Below, piece after piece: positions 17,918-29,366 of a DNA stretch of 64,000 nucleotides. The notes under the pieces were generated by a model. That model saw nothing but the letters and a program-made list of their open reading frames with translations. It did no database searches and was not told the origin of the DNA. The stretch lies in NCBI GenBank assembly GCA_038248985.1, contig JBBRWV010000002.1, forward strand, positions 278 through 64,277. Direction: 5' to 3'. The DNA comes from Phycisphaerae bacterium. Its GTDB lineage: Bacteria > Planctomycetota > Phycisphaerae > WQYP01. Position numbers and translations under genes: made by a program. Positions within the stretch are counted from its first letter, which is position 1; each line of letters opens with the position of its first letter.

Positions 17918-20566
17918 CTATTCCTTAACGGCTTCTGCCGGATCAGCCTCCTCAGGAACGACGCTGGCCACACTCACCAGTTTGTCACCATCATCCAGGC
18001 GAAGAAGTCGTACGCCCTGCGTGGCGCGGCCCATTTCGCGAAGCTCGCCCGTCACGCCAATACGCACAATCTGACCGTTCTTGGAAATCATCATGAGCTC
18101 ATCGCCATCCCGCACGGGCTTGACGCCGACCACGGGCCCATTGCGGTCGGTCGTCTTGATGTTGATGACGCCTTTTCCACCGCGATGCGTAAGCCGGTAT
18201 TCCTCGATCTTCGTGCGTTTGCCGTACCCGTTTTCACACGCCACCAGCACGGTGACCTGGTTGTCGCCGGTTTCTTGCCCATGCGGGATGACAACCATGT
18301 CCACGACGGAATCGCCTTTGCCCAGTTCGATGCCTTTGACGCCGCCCGCCCCCCGGCCCATGTCCCGAACCTCCCCTTCTTCGAACCGCACGGCCAGCGC
18401 ATTTTCCGTTTTCGTGCCGGAGGTGCATAGCATCAATTGATCCTTCCCGTTGGTCACCGTCACGCCAATGAGCGAGTCCTTGGGCTCCAGTCCAATGGCG
18501 ATAATGCCGCGTTTCTGCGGATTTCCATAAGCCTTGAGCAGCGTCTTCTTGATGATGCCCTGGGCCGTGGCAAATACCAGGTGCTTGCCTTCATCCTCGA
18601 AGTCCCGCACCGCCAGAACCTGGGCCAGTTTTTCTTCCGGCAACATCTGCAGCAGGTTCGCCAGGGCCCGGCCCTTGCTCTGCCGCGGCAACTGCGGAAT
18701 GTCGTACACCTTCTGCCAATAGCACCGACCAAGGCTGGTGAAGAACATCAGATAATCTTTGGTGCTGGCGATAAAGAGCGTTTCAATGAAATCGCCTTCC
18801 TTGGCGTCGGCACCGATGATTCCACGCCCGCCGCGCCCTTGTTTGCGATACGTGTCCAGCGGCATCCGCTTGATGTATCCCTCGTGTGAAATAGTGACGA
18901 CAGCCTGTTCATCCGCAATCAGGTCTTCAATGTTGATATCGGTCGCATCGTTCGTGATCTGCGTGCGGCGATCATCTCCGTACTTGTCCTTCATCTCGAT
19001 CGTGTCTTCCCGAATCACATCGAGAATCAGCTTGTTGTCGGCAAGAAGCAATTCGTACTCCTCGATTTCCTCGACCAGGCGATTGTATTCGTCCGTAAGT
19101 TTGTCGATCTCCAAGCCCACCAAACGCTGCAGCTGCATGGTCAAAATCGCGTCGGCCTGGGCGCTCGAAAGATTCATCCCCCCGCTGCGTTTGGCTTCCT
19201 CGTCGATGCGCTTCTTGAACGCCTTGGGAATCGCGGCCTTCCACGTCAGCGCTTCGTCAATGGTGAATTTCTTCTTCATCAAGTTGATCTTGGCCGTCGG
19301 CACATCCGGCGAAATCTTGCGATTTCGCAACAATTCGATGATGCCCATGATTTCAATCTTGCCGCCCTTGGCGTTCCCGCGGGATTCCTCGGTGTGAATG
19401 TCGGCCAAGGCGAGGATCAAACCTTCCAAAATATGCGCCCGTTGCCGTGCTTTCTTCAAGCGGAATTGCGTTCGGCGGCGAATGACTTCGAGACGGTGGT
19501 CGATGTAAAGCTGAACGATTTCCTTCAGCCCCAGCGTGCGCGGCTGGCGATTAACCAACGCAATGTTGATGATCGAAAACGTGTCCTGCAACTGCGTGTT
19601 CTTGTACAGCTGATTGATGACAATGTCCGGATCCGCATCGCGCTTCAACTCAATAACAATGCGCACCGCATGCTCACGATCCGATTCATCGCGGACATCC
19701 GAAATGTCCTTGATCTTCTCTTCCTTGACGCAATCGGCGATCTGCTCCACCAGCGATTTCTTGATGACCTGGTAGGGAATCTCATCGATGACAACGGCCT
19801 CGCGACCACCCTTCATTTGTTCGGTGTGCAGCTTCCCCCGCACCGTAATTCGGCCGCGCCCGGAAGTGTAGCCATCCAGAATGCCCTGCCGCCCGCAAAT
19901 AATCCCACCCGTCGGGAAGTCCGGCCCCTTGACGATCTTCATGAGATCCTTGGGCGCACACTCCGGCTCGTCGATCACTTTAACAATCGCATCACACACC
20001 TCTTTGAGATTGTGCGGCGGAATGCTCGTCGCCATGCCCACCGCAATGCCTTGCGACCCATTCACCAGCAAATTCGGAAACTTGCCCGGCAGGACTGTCG
20101 GCTCTTCGCGTGTTTCGTCGTAGTTGGGAATAAAATCGACCGTGTCTTCCCGGATGTCTTCCATGAGTTCCATCGCGGGGGCGGCCATACGCGCTTCGGT
20201 ATAACGCATCGCGGCCGGCGGATCGCCGTCGAGCGAACCGAAGTTCCCCTGCCCGTCGACGAGTTTGTAGCGCAGCGCCCATTCCTGGGCCATGCGCACC
20301 AGCGTCGGATAGATGACCGCTTCACCGTGCGGATGGTAGTTGCCCGACGTATCGCCGGCGATTTTGGCGCATTTACGATGCTTGGAACGCGGTCCCAGTT
20401 GCAGATCGTGCATGGCCACAAGAATGCGTCGTTGCGAGGGCTTAAGCCCGTCGCGCACGTCCGGCAAGGCCCGGTCCATGATCGTCGACATCGCATACGT
20501 CAGGTAACTTTCCTGGAGTTCGTGCTCAATCTGGAGGTCGGTAATGCGTGCATCCTGGTCTGACAT
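17918..20566 (-). CDS. gyrA: DNA gyrase subunit A.
   Basis: '[31 protein letters not shown]' is the GyrA/ParC N-terminal signature. 882 aa with the C-terminal beta-pinwheel region. No adjacent gyrB. Confidence 0.9.
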   Translation of the reverse strand: MSDQDARITDLQIEHELQESYLTYAMSTIMDRALPDVRDGLKPSQRRILVAMHDLQLGPRSKHRKCAKIAGDTSGNYHPHGEAVIYPTLVRMAQEWALRYKLVDGQGNFGSLDGDPPAAMRYTEARMAAPAMELMEDIREDTVDFIPNYDETREEPTVLPGKFPNLLVNGSQGIAVGMATSIPPHNLKEVCDAIVKVIDEPECAPKDLMKIVKGPDFPTGGIICGRQGILDGYTSGRGRITVRGKLHTEQMKGGREAVVIDEIPYQVIKKSLVEQIADCVKEEKIKDISDVRDESDREHAVRIVIELKRDADPDIVINQLYKNTQLQDTFSIINIALVNRQPRTLGLKEIVQLYIDHRLEVIRRRTQFRLKKARQRAHILEGLILALADIHTEESRGNAKGGKIEIMGIIELLRNRKISPDVPTAKINLMKKKFTIDEALTWKAAIPKAFKKRIDEEAKRSGGMNLSSAQADAILTMQLQRLVGLEIDKLTDEYNRLVEEIEEYELLLADNKLILDVIREDTIEMKDKYGDDRRTQITNDATDINIEDLIADEQAVVTISHEGYIKRMPLDTYRKQGRGGRGIIGADAKEGDFIETLFIASTKDYLMFFTSLGRCYWQKVYDIPQLPRQSKGRALANLLQMLPEEKLAQVLAVRDFEDEGKHLVFATAQGIIKKTLLKAYGNPQKRGIIAIGLEPKDSLIGVTVTNGKDQLMLCTSGTKTENALAVRFEEGEVRDMGRGAGGVKGIELGKGDSVVDMVVIPHGQETGDNQVTVLVACENGYGKRTKIEEYRLTHRGGKGVINIKTTDRNGPVVGVKPVRDGDELMMISKNGQIVRIGVTGELREMGRATQGVRLLRLDDGDKLVSVASVVPEEADPAEAVKE

Positions 20567-20818
20567 TTTTCACCTGATTTGAGAAGTTATTGGCTCGCTT
20601 CCGATGGGCCGCAGGAGGGGGCGCTTCCGTAGCGCGAAAGTCCTCCATGACGTGGCTGTATTCTAAGCGATAACCCCGCCTTTGGCGAGAGCAAGACCTA
20701 CAAGAATTGGGCGCAATTTCCCGCCCACGTACTTTTGTTTTTGGCCCGAATGGATATCCTTTTGGGTCTTGTTACTGGTCCCAGACAATCCCTGAAAGTC
20801 TTTACGAGGTAAGCGGCA

Positions 20819-23530
20819 ATGGCGGAAGTGCAAGCGGAATTAGCGAAGGCACCTGTTGGTTTGCGTTGCGAATATGCCAAAAATCCGCTCGGCATCGGCG
20901 AATCTCTGCCGCGCTTTTCCTGGAAAATCAACGACGACCGGCGCGGTGCCAAGCAGACGGCATACCGCCTGACCGTGGGAACCAAACCCGGTGAAACGGA
21001 TGTGTGGGACTCCGGCGAAGTGGCCAGCCACCAGTCCACACAGGTAGTGTTTGCCGGTACAAAACTCAAAAGCCGCGGCCGCTATTTCTGGCAGGTGCGC
21101 TACCGCGACCAAGCAGGCGTGGCTTCCACCTGGAGCGATACCGCCTTTTTTGAAATGGGCATCCTGAAAACCAGCGAGTGGCGCGGCCAGTGGGTCAGCG
21201 TCCCCTTACCTTTTGACAAAAATGTGAGCGGCCCCTCAAAATACCTACGCCGCAATTTCGTGTCGCGCCGTCCGGTGAAAGGTGCCCGTCTCTACATCAC
21301 GGCGCGCGGCGTATTTGTGCCACTGCTCAATGGCAAACGCGTGGGCAACGACATCTTCTTGCCGGGTTGGAGCGATTTTCGCAAGCGTATTCGCTACCAG
21401 ACGTACGATGTCACGGATTTGGTCGTCTCGGGCCGCAACACGTTGGGCGTCATGGTGGGTGATGGGTGGCACACGGGCAAAGTGGCGTGGAATCCGCGTG
21501 GTCTATACGGCGAAAACACTGCAGCCTTGGCGGAACTCCATATCGAGTATGCCGACGGATCCTACGAAGTCATCCGCTCCGACGCCGATTGGAAAGGATC
21601 GACCGAAGGGCCAATCCGAACGAACGATTTCCTCGATGGCGAAACCTACGACGCCCGCAAGGAATGGAGTTCCACCGGAACCCCCGCAGCTTGGGCGACG
21701 GCAGATTTTGACGACGCCGCCTGGCAACCGGTGCGCGTCGAGGCCCATGACAAGGTCCCGCTGGAAGCCTACGTGGGCCCCCCAATTCGTCGCCAGGAGA
21801 CGCTCACCCCCAAAGAAGCGTGGCGCACCACCGATGGCAAATGGATATTCGATCTGGGGCAAAACATGGTCGGTTGGGCGAAACTGAAGGTCAAAGGCCA
21901 GCCCGGCCAGCAAATCACGTTGCGCTTCGCCGAGATGCTGAATCCCGACCGGACCATCTACACCACCAACCTGCGTGGCGCGAAAGTGACCGACGCCTAT
22001 ATCTGCAAGGGCGAGGGCGTGGAAGAATGGGAGCCCACCTTCACATTTCATGGTTTCCGCTTCGTGGAGGTCGCAGGATTGCTCCCTGGGCAAACGCCGG
22101 ATTTGAGCACCGTCACCGGCATGGTGATCAATACCGATACACCCGCCGCAGGATCGTGGAAAAGCAGCCACGAGAAGCTGAATCAACTGATGCACAACAT
22201 CGTGTGGGGCCAAAAGGGCAACTACATGGAAATACCGACGGACTGCCCGCAACGCGATGAGCGCCTCGGCTGGACCGGCGATGCCCAGGTCTTCATCCGC
22301 ACCGCCTCCTACAACGCCGATGTCGCCGCATTCTTCACCCGCTGGCTCGTCGAATTGGACGATTCCCGCAATGACGAGGGAACCTACCAGGATGTCGCAC
22401 CCATGCCGCCAGGTGCCAAAATGCTCTCCGGCATCGCCGCGTGGGCCGACGCCGGAATCATCTGCCCCTGGACCATCTACCGCGTCTACGGCGATGTGCG
22501 AATTCTTGAGCGCCATTACGATGCGATGAAGGGTTTCGTGGCCTACATGCTGAAAAAATGGCCCAACCTCCTGCGCCATGCCGGAGAATGGACCTATGGC
22601 GATTGGCTGTCCATCGACAGTTGGACGCCCCGCGAATTGATCGGGACGGCCTTCTTCGCCCACAGCGTGTCCCTGATGGCTAAAATCGCGGCAATTGTGG
22701 GCAAGGAACGCGACGCGGCCAAGCACCAGCGCCTCTTTGAAAAAATCCGTAAGGCCTTCAACAAAGAATTCGTCACCCCCGGCGGGTACCTCGCCGGCGA
22801 TTCGCAAACCGCTTACGTGCTCGCCCTGCGCTTTGGGTTGCTGGATGAAGAAAAAGCCCAGATCGCAGCGAAAAAATTAGCCCACGACGTATCCATGCGC
22901 AAGGTGCTCACCACCGGCTTTGTGGGCGTAAACCTCCTGCTGCCCACCCTGTCCCAAATTGGCCGCGATGACTTGGCCTGCAAACTGTTGATCAACGAAA
23001 AATATCCCAGCTGGTTGTATTCAGTCAATCACGGCGCCACCACCATCTGGGAACGCTGGGACGGCTGGACCGAAGAAAAGGGTTTCCAGACGCCCACCAT
23101 GAACTCCTTCAACCACTACGCCTATGGCAGTTGCGGCGAATGGATGTATTCGGCCGTGGCTGGCATCGATTTGGATGAAAAAGTCCCCGGCTTCAAGCAC
23201 CTTCGAATAGAACCGCGGATTGTCACCGCGCTGGGCGTGGGTTTGACCCGCTGCGAGGCGGATTTTGCGACCGCCCAAGGCCAGGTGAAGTCCGCCTGGT
23301 CGTGGGAAGGCGGAATCGCCACCCTCGAAGTCGTCATTCCCGCCAATGCCTCCGCCACGATGGTGCTCCCCGGCATCGAAAATGTGACCGAAAATGGCCA
23401 GCCTTTGGCCGATGCCACCGGCATCTCCAACCTTCGCCTGAATCAGGGCAAGACCCTGTGCGAACTCGCCGCAGGAAGCTACCGGTTTTCCCTGCCCCTG
23501 TCGGCACCGGAGGTCAGCCCAGCCATTTAA
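20819..23530 (+). CDS. Alpha-L-rhamnosidase, glycoside hydrolase family 78.
   Basis: 'DCPQRDERLGWTGDAQVF' is the GH78 catalytic signature. 903 aa with an N-terminal beta-sandwich and the (alpha/alpha)6 domain. Confidence 0.85.
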   Translation: MAEVQAELAKAPVGLRCEYAKNPLGIGESLPRFSWKINDDRRGAKQTAYRLTVGTKPGETDVWDSGEVASHQSTQVVFAGTKLKSRGRYFWQVRYRDQAGVASTWSDTAFFEMGILKTSEWRGQWVSVPLPFDKNVSGPSKYLRRNFVSRRPVKGARLYITARGVFVPLLNGKRVGNDIFLPGWSDFRKRIRYQTYDVTDLVVSGRNTLGVMVGDGWHTGKVAWNPRGLYGENTAALAELHIEYADGSYEVIRSDADWKGSTEGPIRTNDFLDGETYDARKEWSSTGTPAAWATADFDDAAWQPVRVEAHDKVPLEAYVGPPIRRQETLTPKEAWRTTDGKWIFDLGQNMVGWAKLKVKGQPGQQITLRFAEMLNPDRTIYTTNLRGAKVTDAYICKGEGVEEWEPTFTFHGFRFVEVAGLLPGQTPDLSTVTGMVINTDTPAAGSWKSSHEKLNQLMHNIVWGQKGNYMEIPTDCPQRDERLGWTGDAQVFIRTASYNADVAAFFTRWLVELDDSRNDEGTYQDVAPMPPGAKMLSGIAAWADAGIICPWTIYRVYGDVRILERHYDAMKGFVAYMLKKWPNLLRHAGEWTYGDWLSIDSWTPRELIGTAFFAHSVSLMAKIAAIVGKERDAAKHQRLFEKIRKAFNKEFVTPGGYLAGDSQTAYVLALRFGLLDEEKAQIAAKKLAHDVSMRKVLTTGFVGVNLLLPTLSQIGRDDLACKLLINEKYPSWLYSVNHGATTIWERWDGWTEEKGFQTPTMNSFNHYAYGSCGEWMYSAVAGIDLDEKVPGFKHLRIEPRIVTALGVGLTRCEADFATAQGQVKSAWSWEGGIATLEVVIPANASATMVLPGIENVTENGQPLADATGISNLRLNQGKTLCELAAGSYRFSLPLSAPEVSPAI

Positions 23531-23593
23531 TCGCCCCAACACCCGCGATTCTCCCAAAAACTGACCTGTGAGTCTTTTTTACTGCTTTTTTTC

Positions 23594-23622
23594 TTGACGA
23601 ACCACGGTCTTGGAGGTTAATT
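23594..23622 (+). promoter_or_regulatory. Candidate sigma70-type promoter (TTGACG-17 nt-TTAATT) in the AT-rich leader about 300 bp upstream of the pil operon.
   Basis: -35 TTGACG at 23594-23599, 17-nt spacer, -10 TTAATT at 23617-23622. The region is AT-rich relative to the genome. Confidence 0.25.
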
Positions 23623-23926
23623 AGAAGTGGCAGATCCTGTGGTCATGGCAGGCCATAGGAATTGCTGATATCCCAAAATTTCATGCCGTGGCGGCATGCG
23701 GTGGCCGGAATGCCCAAGTAGTTCTCCGCTCGCAGTGTCTTTTTCATTTTCTTATCCTGTGTACGCGGTATTACTCCTTGGATCTCTGCCCGCCAGCAAC
23801 ATGGCACCGGTTTCCAGCCGGTAACTCGTTGCGCCAATTCAACAACTTTTCAAATACAGGTTGCCAGACGGGGAATCTCGGTTTACGCTCCCCCTTCGCA
23901 AGTCCAGGCGGATAGCCTCCGGAGGT

Positions 23927-25915
23927 ATGTATATGGCGGGCTCACAAGTTGCATGGGGTCTTGATGTTGGCATCACGAGCCTCAAGGCCATCAAACTGCG
24001 GCGCGATGGCGATCGCGTGGCCGTGGAAGCCTTTGATGTCATCGAGCATGACAAATTCCTCAGTGAGCCGGACCTCGATAAAGACGAAGTCATTCGTCGC
24101 ACCCTCCAAAAATTCCTGGAACGCAACCCCCTCAAACGCGACACCGTCTACGTCGGCGTACCCGGCGCCACCACCTTTGCCCGCTTCGTAAAGCTGCCCC
24201 CCGTACAGCCCAACCGCATCCCGGAAATCGTCCGCTTCGAAGCCATCCAGCAAATTCCCTTCCCCCTCGACCAGGTCAACTGGGACTATCAAACCTTCCA
24301 GGCCCCCGACTCCCCCGATGTCGAAGTCGGCATCTTCGCCATGAAAAAAGACCTCGTCGCCCAGGTCATGGGTAACTTCCAAGCCAACCAAATGACCATC
24401 AGCGGCGTCCAGATGTCCCCCCTGGCCGTCTACAACGCCGTCATCTATGACGGCCTCACCGAAGACAAGGGCACCGTCATCCTCGACATCGGGGCCGAAC
24501 ATACCGACCTGATCGTGGCCGACCAAGGCCGACTCTGGATTCGCACCATCAACATTGGCGGCAACAACTTCACCGACGCCCTCGCCAAGAGCTTCAAGCA
24601 GCCCTTTGTCCGGGCCGAACAGCTAAAACGCAGCGCCGCAACCAGCAAATACGCCAAGCAGATATTCCAGGCCATGCGCCCCGTATTCGCCGATCTGGTC
24701 GCGGAAATCCAACGCTCCATCGGACACTACAACAGCAGCCACCGCGACAGCCGCCTCGAACGAATTCTCGGTATGGGCAATCCGTTCAAACTGCCCAATC
24801 TGCAAAAATATTTGCAGCAGGAATTGAAACTCGATGTCGTACGTCTGGAAGGCTTCAAACGTGCCAACACCGACGGCCGCCTCGCCGCCGGCCTGAGCGA
24901 AAACGTTCTCTCCTTAACCACCGCTTACGGGCTGGCACTCCAAGGCCTCGAACTGGCCGCCATTGATACCAGCCTCCTACCCGTGGAAATCGCCCGCCAA
25001 ATGGTATGGCGAAAAAAACGCATCTGGTTCGCTGGTGCGGCCGCTGCCGTCCTCATCGGAACCGCTTCTCTCGGCGTCCGCGCCTGGTGGGATGACGCGG
25101 CCTGGACCGAAGCCGAAACCGCACGCCGCGCTAACAATGGCCGGGTTCAACAGGCCTTGACGCTCACCAACGCCCTGAAACGCCAAACCGTGACTTTTGA
25201 CAGTGACCGCGCCGCCGTCGATAGCTACATGAAGTTGGCAGGACACCGCAAGGTGTGGCCACAAGTGCTCGGCGACATCCACGGCTCGTTGCCCCAGCAC
25301 GACGCCAAAAAAATCGCCGCAGATCCGACGCGCTTAATTGCGCTACAGTCGATTAGTTCGGAATATTCCGATCAACTCTCGCGGGTCGTCTTTAGTGGAA
25401 CCTCGACCGGCGGTGCGAATACCCGCGAAGAGGCGGCTCCCGTCGCGGGGCCATCGGACAAAGGCTTTGCGATCGTCATTTCTGGCTATACACCCAACCA
25501 GTCCGGTCTGGATCTCCTGCGGGAATACAAGAATCAACTCGAGCAACGGGCCAATGAAAAACTAACTATGCAAGCAACTGATAAACAGATTGTTCCCGCA
25601 AAACCCTACTATATCGGTGACAACAGCCTGAAATTCAAATTCATGCCCTTCGGCGGATCCAAAGATTCCGCCGGCGGCAGCGGACCGCGCGGCATCTGGG
25701 GCATGGGTCAGCGCGGGCCATTCTGGAGCGTCTTTGTTCCCGATATGCAGGGCGTTGTTCCCATGACCGTATTGCCCGGAACTCTCGACATGCGCCCCGT
25801 CGAGGCGGAACAGCCCGTCGACGCCATGTTTGAATTACCGCTCAAGCAAAAGCCCCCCCGTCTACTGATCGGCAGTTATATGTTCGAAATGTCCTTCAAG
25901 ATTTACGTGCGCTAA
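23927..25915 (+). CDS. pilM: Fused PilM-PilN type IV pilus assembly protein. The N-terminal half is the actin-like ATPase-fold PilM; a TM helix and periplasmic PilN-like region follow. The start is probably MYMAGS or MAGS, directly after GGAGG.
   Basis: 'VAWGLDVGITSLKAIKLRRDGDRVAVEAFDVIEH...VYVGVPGATTFARFVKLPPV' is the PilM N-terminal pattern. The TM helix 'IWFAGAAAAVLIGTASLGV' follows the PilM domain. Operon context with a secretin. Confidence 0.65.
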   Translation: MYMAGSQVAWGLDVGITSLKAIKLRRDGDRVAVEAFDVIEHDKFLSEPDLDKDEVIRRTLQKFLERNPLKRDTVYVGVPGATTFARFVKLPPVQPNRIPEIVRFEAIQQIPFPLDQVNWDYQTFQAPDSPDVEVGIFAMKKDLVAQVMGNFQANQMTISGVQMSPLAVYNAVIYDGLTEDKGTVILDIGAEHTDLIVADQGRLWIRTINIGGNNFTDALAKSFKQPFVRAEQLKRSAATSKYAKQIFQAMRPVFADLVAEIQRSIGHYNSSHRDSRLERILGMGNPFKLPNLQKYLQQELKLDVVRLEGFKRANTDGRLAAGLSENVLSLTTAYGLALQGLELAAIDTSLLPVEIARQMVWRKKRIWFAGAAAAVLIGTASLGVRAWWDDAAWTEAETARRANNGRVQQALTLTNALKRQTVTFDSDRAAVDSYMKLAGHRKVWPQVLGDIHGSLPQHDAKKIAADPTRLIALQSISSEYSDQLSRVVFSGTSTGGANTREEAAPVAGPSDKGFAIVISGYTPNQSGLDLLREYKNQLEQRANEKLTMQATDKQIVPAKPYYIGDNSLKFKFMPFGGSKDSAGGSGPRGIWGMGQRGPFWSVFVPDMQGVVPMTVLPGTLDMRPVEAEQPVDAMFELPLKQKPPRLLIGSYMFEMSFKIYVR

Positions 25916-25973
25916 TTGCTGTGAAGTGTAACCCACAGGGGTCTACCCACCCCTTAACGCCCCGGAGGCGACC

Positions 25974-27233
25974 ATGAATGCTATCAAGGCCAACTTGTTC
26001 CTCATTGTGCTGGGAGCCGTCGTCGTGTTGGGCGGAGGAATCCTTTGGTGGTGGTCCTCCGACAAACAAGTAGTCCTGCAACAAGCCATGGAAGACCGCG
26101 CCAAACAAGAAAAGACCATCCGTTCAGCCTATTTGAAAGTTCCGATCGAAATTCCGGGGGGAGGCATGAAATTCCAGGGCGCGGTGGCCGATAACGTGAT
26201 CAAAGTGCGGGAGGTGATTCAGAAACACACCAAAGAACAAGTCACTCTTATTTCCGAAACCGCCGCCAAAGAAAACGAGAAAAACCGGGTCCAACATCAG
26301 GGCGGCAAGGTTGTGCCCCTCATTTATGATCCGGAAATCGGGAAAATGGTGAGCCTGGATAATTTCCTGCCGACAATGGCCCGCAGCACCGATGGACACG
26401 CCTTCAACCGAATTTACTCCAGGATGGTGCCCTCCCTGCTTCTTCGCCTCGTAGGCTCCTCCTCCCCGGCCGTAGCGCCCACCACAAACGAGATCACCCT
26501 CGCGTTCGAAGCCGATAAAGCCGCTCGCCTAAGCAAGGCTCCCCTGGACCTCAAGGGGGGAGTCCTGCAACCCCCCACTGGCCTGGCCGATCCCAAAATG
26601 CTGCAGGATTTCACCAAGAAATTCGTCTCCAATCGGGCCGCCAATATCAAAATGTACGTCCATGAAAATGCCTTCGTCATCGAGCCCTGGATGGACAAAG
26701 GCATCGAACCCACCGAAGCACAAATTTTCGAAACCTTTGTGCATCAATGGATCCAGGAGGACGTCGTTCGCTCCATCATGCACGTCAACGAAAAATCCAA
26801 AAATGTGGGTGAATCCGCCGTCAAACGCCTCGACAAAATCTCCATCGGAGGGGAGGGCGGCGCCCTCTTCGTCGCCGGCGCTCGCGCGGCGGATGCCTCG
26901 GGGATTGATTTCTCAAAAAGCATGACCGGTCGCACCGGCTCGGGCGAATACGACGTGGTGATGCTCAACATTTCGATGATTATCGATCCGTCCAAGCTCA
27001 ATGCATTTTGCGAAGCTCTCTATGTTCAAAACAATGGCTACACCGTGCTCAACATCAAACAGCAGTCCGTAGACCCCTACTTGGCGGCGAGCGAAGGTTA
27101 TCTGCTCGGCGTTAATCAATGTGTATCCGTACAGATGCAGATCGAATGCCTGATGTTCCGCAAATGGACTGACAAACTTATGCCCGCCGAGTTTCGCCGC
27201 TCCCTCGGGCCCGATACCGCACGACCGAGATGA
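25974..27233 (+). CDS. Pilus-assembly inner-membrane protein, PilO-like by position (N-terminal TM + coiled coil).
   Basis: TM helix 'LFLIVLGAVVVLGGGILWWW' followed by a coiled-coil region. Called by synteny only. Confidence 0.35.
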   Translation: MNAIKANLFLIVLGAVVVLGGGILWWWSSDKQVVLQQAMEDRAKQEKTIRSAYLKVPIEIPGGGMKFQGAVADNVIKVREVIQKHTKEQVTLISETAAKENEKNRVQHQGGKVVPLIYDPEIGKMVSLDNFLPTMARSTDGHAFNRIYSRMVPSLLLRLVGSSSPAVAPTTNEITLAFEADKAARLSKAPLDLKGGVLQPPTGLADPKMLQDFTKKFVSNRAANIKMYVHENAFVIEPWMDKGIEPTEAQIFETFVHQWIQEDVVRSIMHVNEKSKNVGESAVKRLDKISIGGEGGALFVAGARAADASGIDFSKSMTGRTGSGEYDVVMLNISMIIDPSKLNAFCEALYVQNNGYTVLNIKQQSVDPYLAASEGYLLGVNQCVSVQMQIECLMFRKWTDKLMPAEFRRSLGPDTARPR

Positions 27234-27375
27234 TATTCATCGGCAACCTCCGCCGCTCAACGCGGTTCCCTCCATCTCGGCCACACGTACCCGGGGCGAA
27301 AACATCCCTCAAATATCCAGAAAAGTCTTCTGGACCTGAAATCAGTAACCCTCATCTCCTGTTGGAGAAACGCAC

Positions 27376-29001
27376 ATGAAAATCAAGAACCTCAACCTGC
27401 TGGAACGTCACGTCGAGAAAATAACTCTGGCCGTGGCCGCCGCTGCGGGCCTGTTGCTGGTGTATTGGGCATCACAACCCGCGACGATCGAAGCTCCCGC
27501 CGGCCTCGGCAAAGCCCAGTTGACCGCCCCAGAGGTGGAACAGGAAGTTTCCAAGGCCCTGGATGAAGTCGAGTCCTCTCGGGCCAAGACCAATGCCCTT
27601 TCCCAGCGACAACTGCTGGGGCCCAACTCCCTCAGAAACTATTTGCCTGAATATGTCAAAAGCCAGGAAGTACCGCTTCCACCCGAGTTGGTGAAGGCGA
27701 CTGTACCTCAGTTTGCCCCATTAAATTCCCCCGTGGTGCCCATTGAACTAACGCCCATCACTTCCGAATTCGCCAGCACCGTCCCCCACGTGCCCACCCC
27801 CACCAGCCTCATCGCCCGCGCCGACCGCGGCGTCGTCATCATCCCTCCCGCAGCCACTGAATCCGTACCCGCACCGCTGCCCGGAGAAGCACCCGTGCCC
27901 GCAGGCACTCTGGCCGACCTCAACTGGGTCGTCATCGGGGGACGTTTCCCCGTCCTGGAGTTCCGCGATTCCATGGCCGATAAGGGCGAAAAAGAACCCC
28001 ATCCCGTCCCGGAAAAACGCAACCAAATTACCTTCTATCGCGTCGAAGTGCAGCGCCGTGAACGAATCTCCGGCCAATGGAACAACTGGCAAAACGTGCC
28101 CCCCACCAAGGCCAACGGCCCTCTCATCACCGTCAACATGGCCGATGCCCGCGGCGAAGCTGTAATCCAGGCCACAGACATCATCGACACTCACTGGCGT
28201 AACATCCTCACCCCGCCGTTTTACCAATCCGCCACCGGCCAGCCGATTCCCGGCTTGCTGGTTCCGGAACCCGGCGCAGCAGGCAAAACCGCTCCCGTGG
28301 CACCCGGCATCACGCCGGATGGTGGCCCATTGGGCAGCGATGGTTCCCGCGCGGCAGGCGCGGGAGCCAATTTTGTTGCCGGTGTTCCCCAGGATCTGGC
28401 AACCATCCGCCTGCATGCCGCATCCGTCCCCTTCTGGTTTTTTGATGAAACCGTGACACCTGAACAAACCTACTCCTACCGCGTTCGCATGACGCTCTTC
28501 AATCCCGTATTTCAGATGGATAAACGCGTGAAGTTGATCGTCGCCAGCAAGCCCGCCGAAGCAATGCGCAACGTACCCTGGCTTTCCTCCGAATGGGCGG
28601 AGTTGGGCGGTGAAGTAAGCATCAATGCCAATCAATACTTCTTCTTCCGCGCCGGTCTCGAGTTGCGCGGCGGCGCTACCGTCTCCGTTCGAATCTACAA
28701 ATGGTCGCTGGGCATTTGGCACCTCACTGAAGAAACCGCCCCCATCGGCGGCACAATTGGCAGACCGCAAGCCGGCACCGACGGAGTCGACTTCTTCACC
28801 GGATACACTCTGGTCGACGCCGTAAAAACCACCGACGGCGATACCCAACTGGTCTTGTTGTCCCCTTCCGGTGATCTGGTATCACGCTCTGTCCGTGTGG
28901 ACTCGAATAACAAGAAAATGAAAGAACTCGACGGTCTGATCAAACTGGCGACACCGCCACGCGTTCCGGGCAAGCCGGGCTTGACTCCAGAAAAACCCTG
29001 A
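27376..29001 (+). CDS. Pilus-assembly membrane protein, PilP-like by position.
   Basis: N-terminal TM helix 'ITLAVAAAAGLLLVYWA'. Sits between pilM/N/O-like genes and the secretin. No strong motif. Confidence 0.3.
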   Translation: MKIKNLNLLERHVEKITLAVAAAAGLLLVYWASQPATIEAPAGLGKAQLTAPEVEQEVSKALDEVESSRAKTNALSQRQLLGPNSLRNYLPEYVKSQEVPLPPELVKATVPQFAPLNSPVVPIELTPITSEFASTVPHVPTPTSLIARADRGVVIIPPAATESVPAPLPGEAPVPAGTLADLNWVVIGGRFPVLEFRDSMADKGEKEPHPVPEKRNQITFYRVEVQRRERISGQWNNWQNVPPTKANGPLITVNMADARGEAVIQATDIIDTHWRNILTPPFYQSATGQPIPGLLVPEPGAAGKTAPVAPGITPDGGPLGSDGSRAAGAGANFVAGVPQDLATIRLHAASVPFWFFDETVTPEQTYSYRVRMTLFNPVFQMDKRVKLIVASKPAEAMRNVPWLSSEWAELGGEVSINANQYFFFRAGLELRGGATVSVRIYKWSLGIWHLTEETAPIGGTIGRPQAGTDGVDFFTGYTLVDAVKTTDGDTQLVLLSPSGDLVSRSVRVDSNNKKMKELDGLIKLATPPRVPGKPGLTPEKP

Positions 29002-29366
29002 AGCACCCCAACGGGATTCTTATATGCGTCAGATCATGATGAAACAGCAAGCCGCCGCAATCTGCGAGACCAAACATCTGGATTTTTTGCGTGAGAAATG
29101 GTTGCAAGCGCATGGCTTTGCTTTTAGGATTCCAACAGTTCTGCACTCAAACTCGGATGGGTGCGACATTTCCAAGGATGGCAATTCCTTAAAGTTTGTG
29201 GAAACGGGTGGCGCTGGTGTTTAATTCCTGACTCCTTTTTGATTCGTGAGGCCCTTGTCGCGGTATCTCCGCTACGCCCGCCTCACCTGCCTCTTTCAGG
29301 ATTTTCAGCTCGCCGCTTTATGTTTTGTTCAGTTCTTCGGGTTGGTGCGGTAATAGGAGTAACGCC

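Noticed and set aside
23643-23915. Short ORFs (64-75 aa) in the rhamnosidase-pilM intergenic region.
   Set aside because: This is AT-rich non-coding-like sequence with no RBS. It is more consistent with a promoter/leader region.
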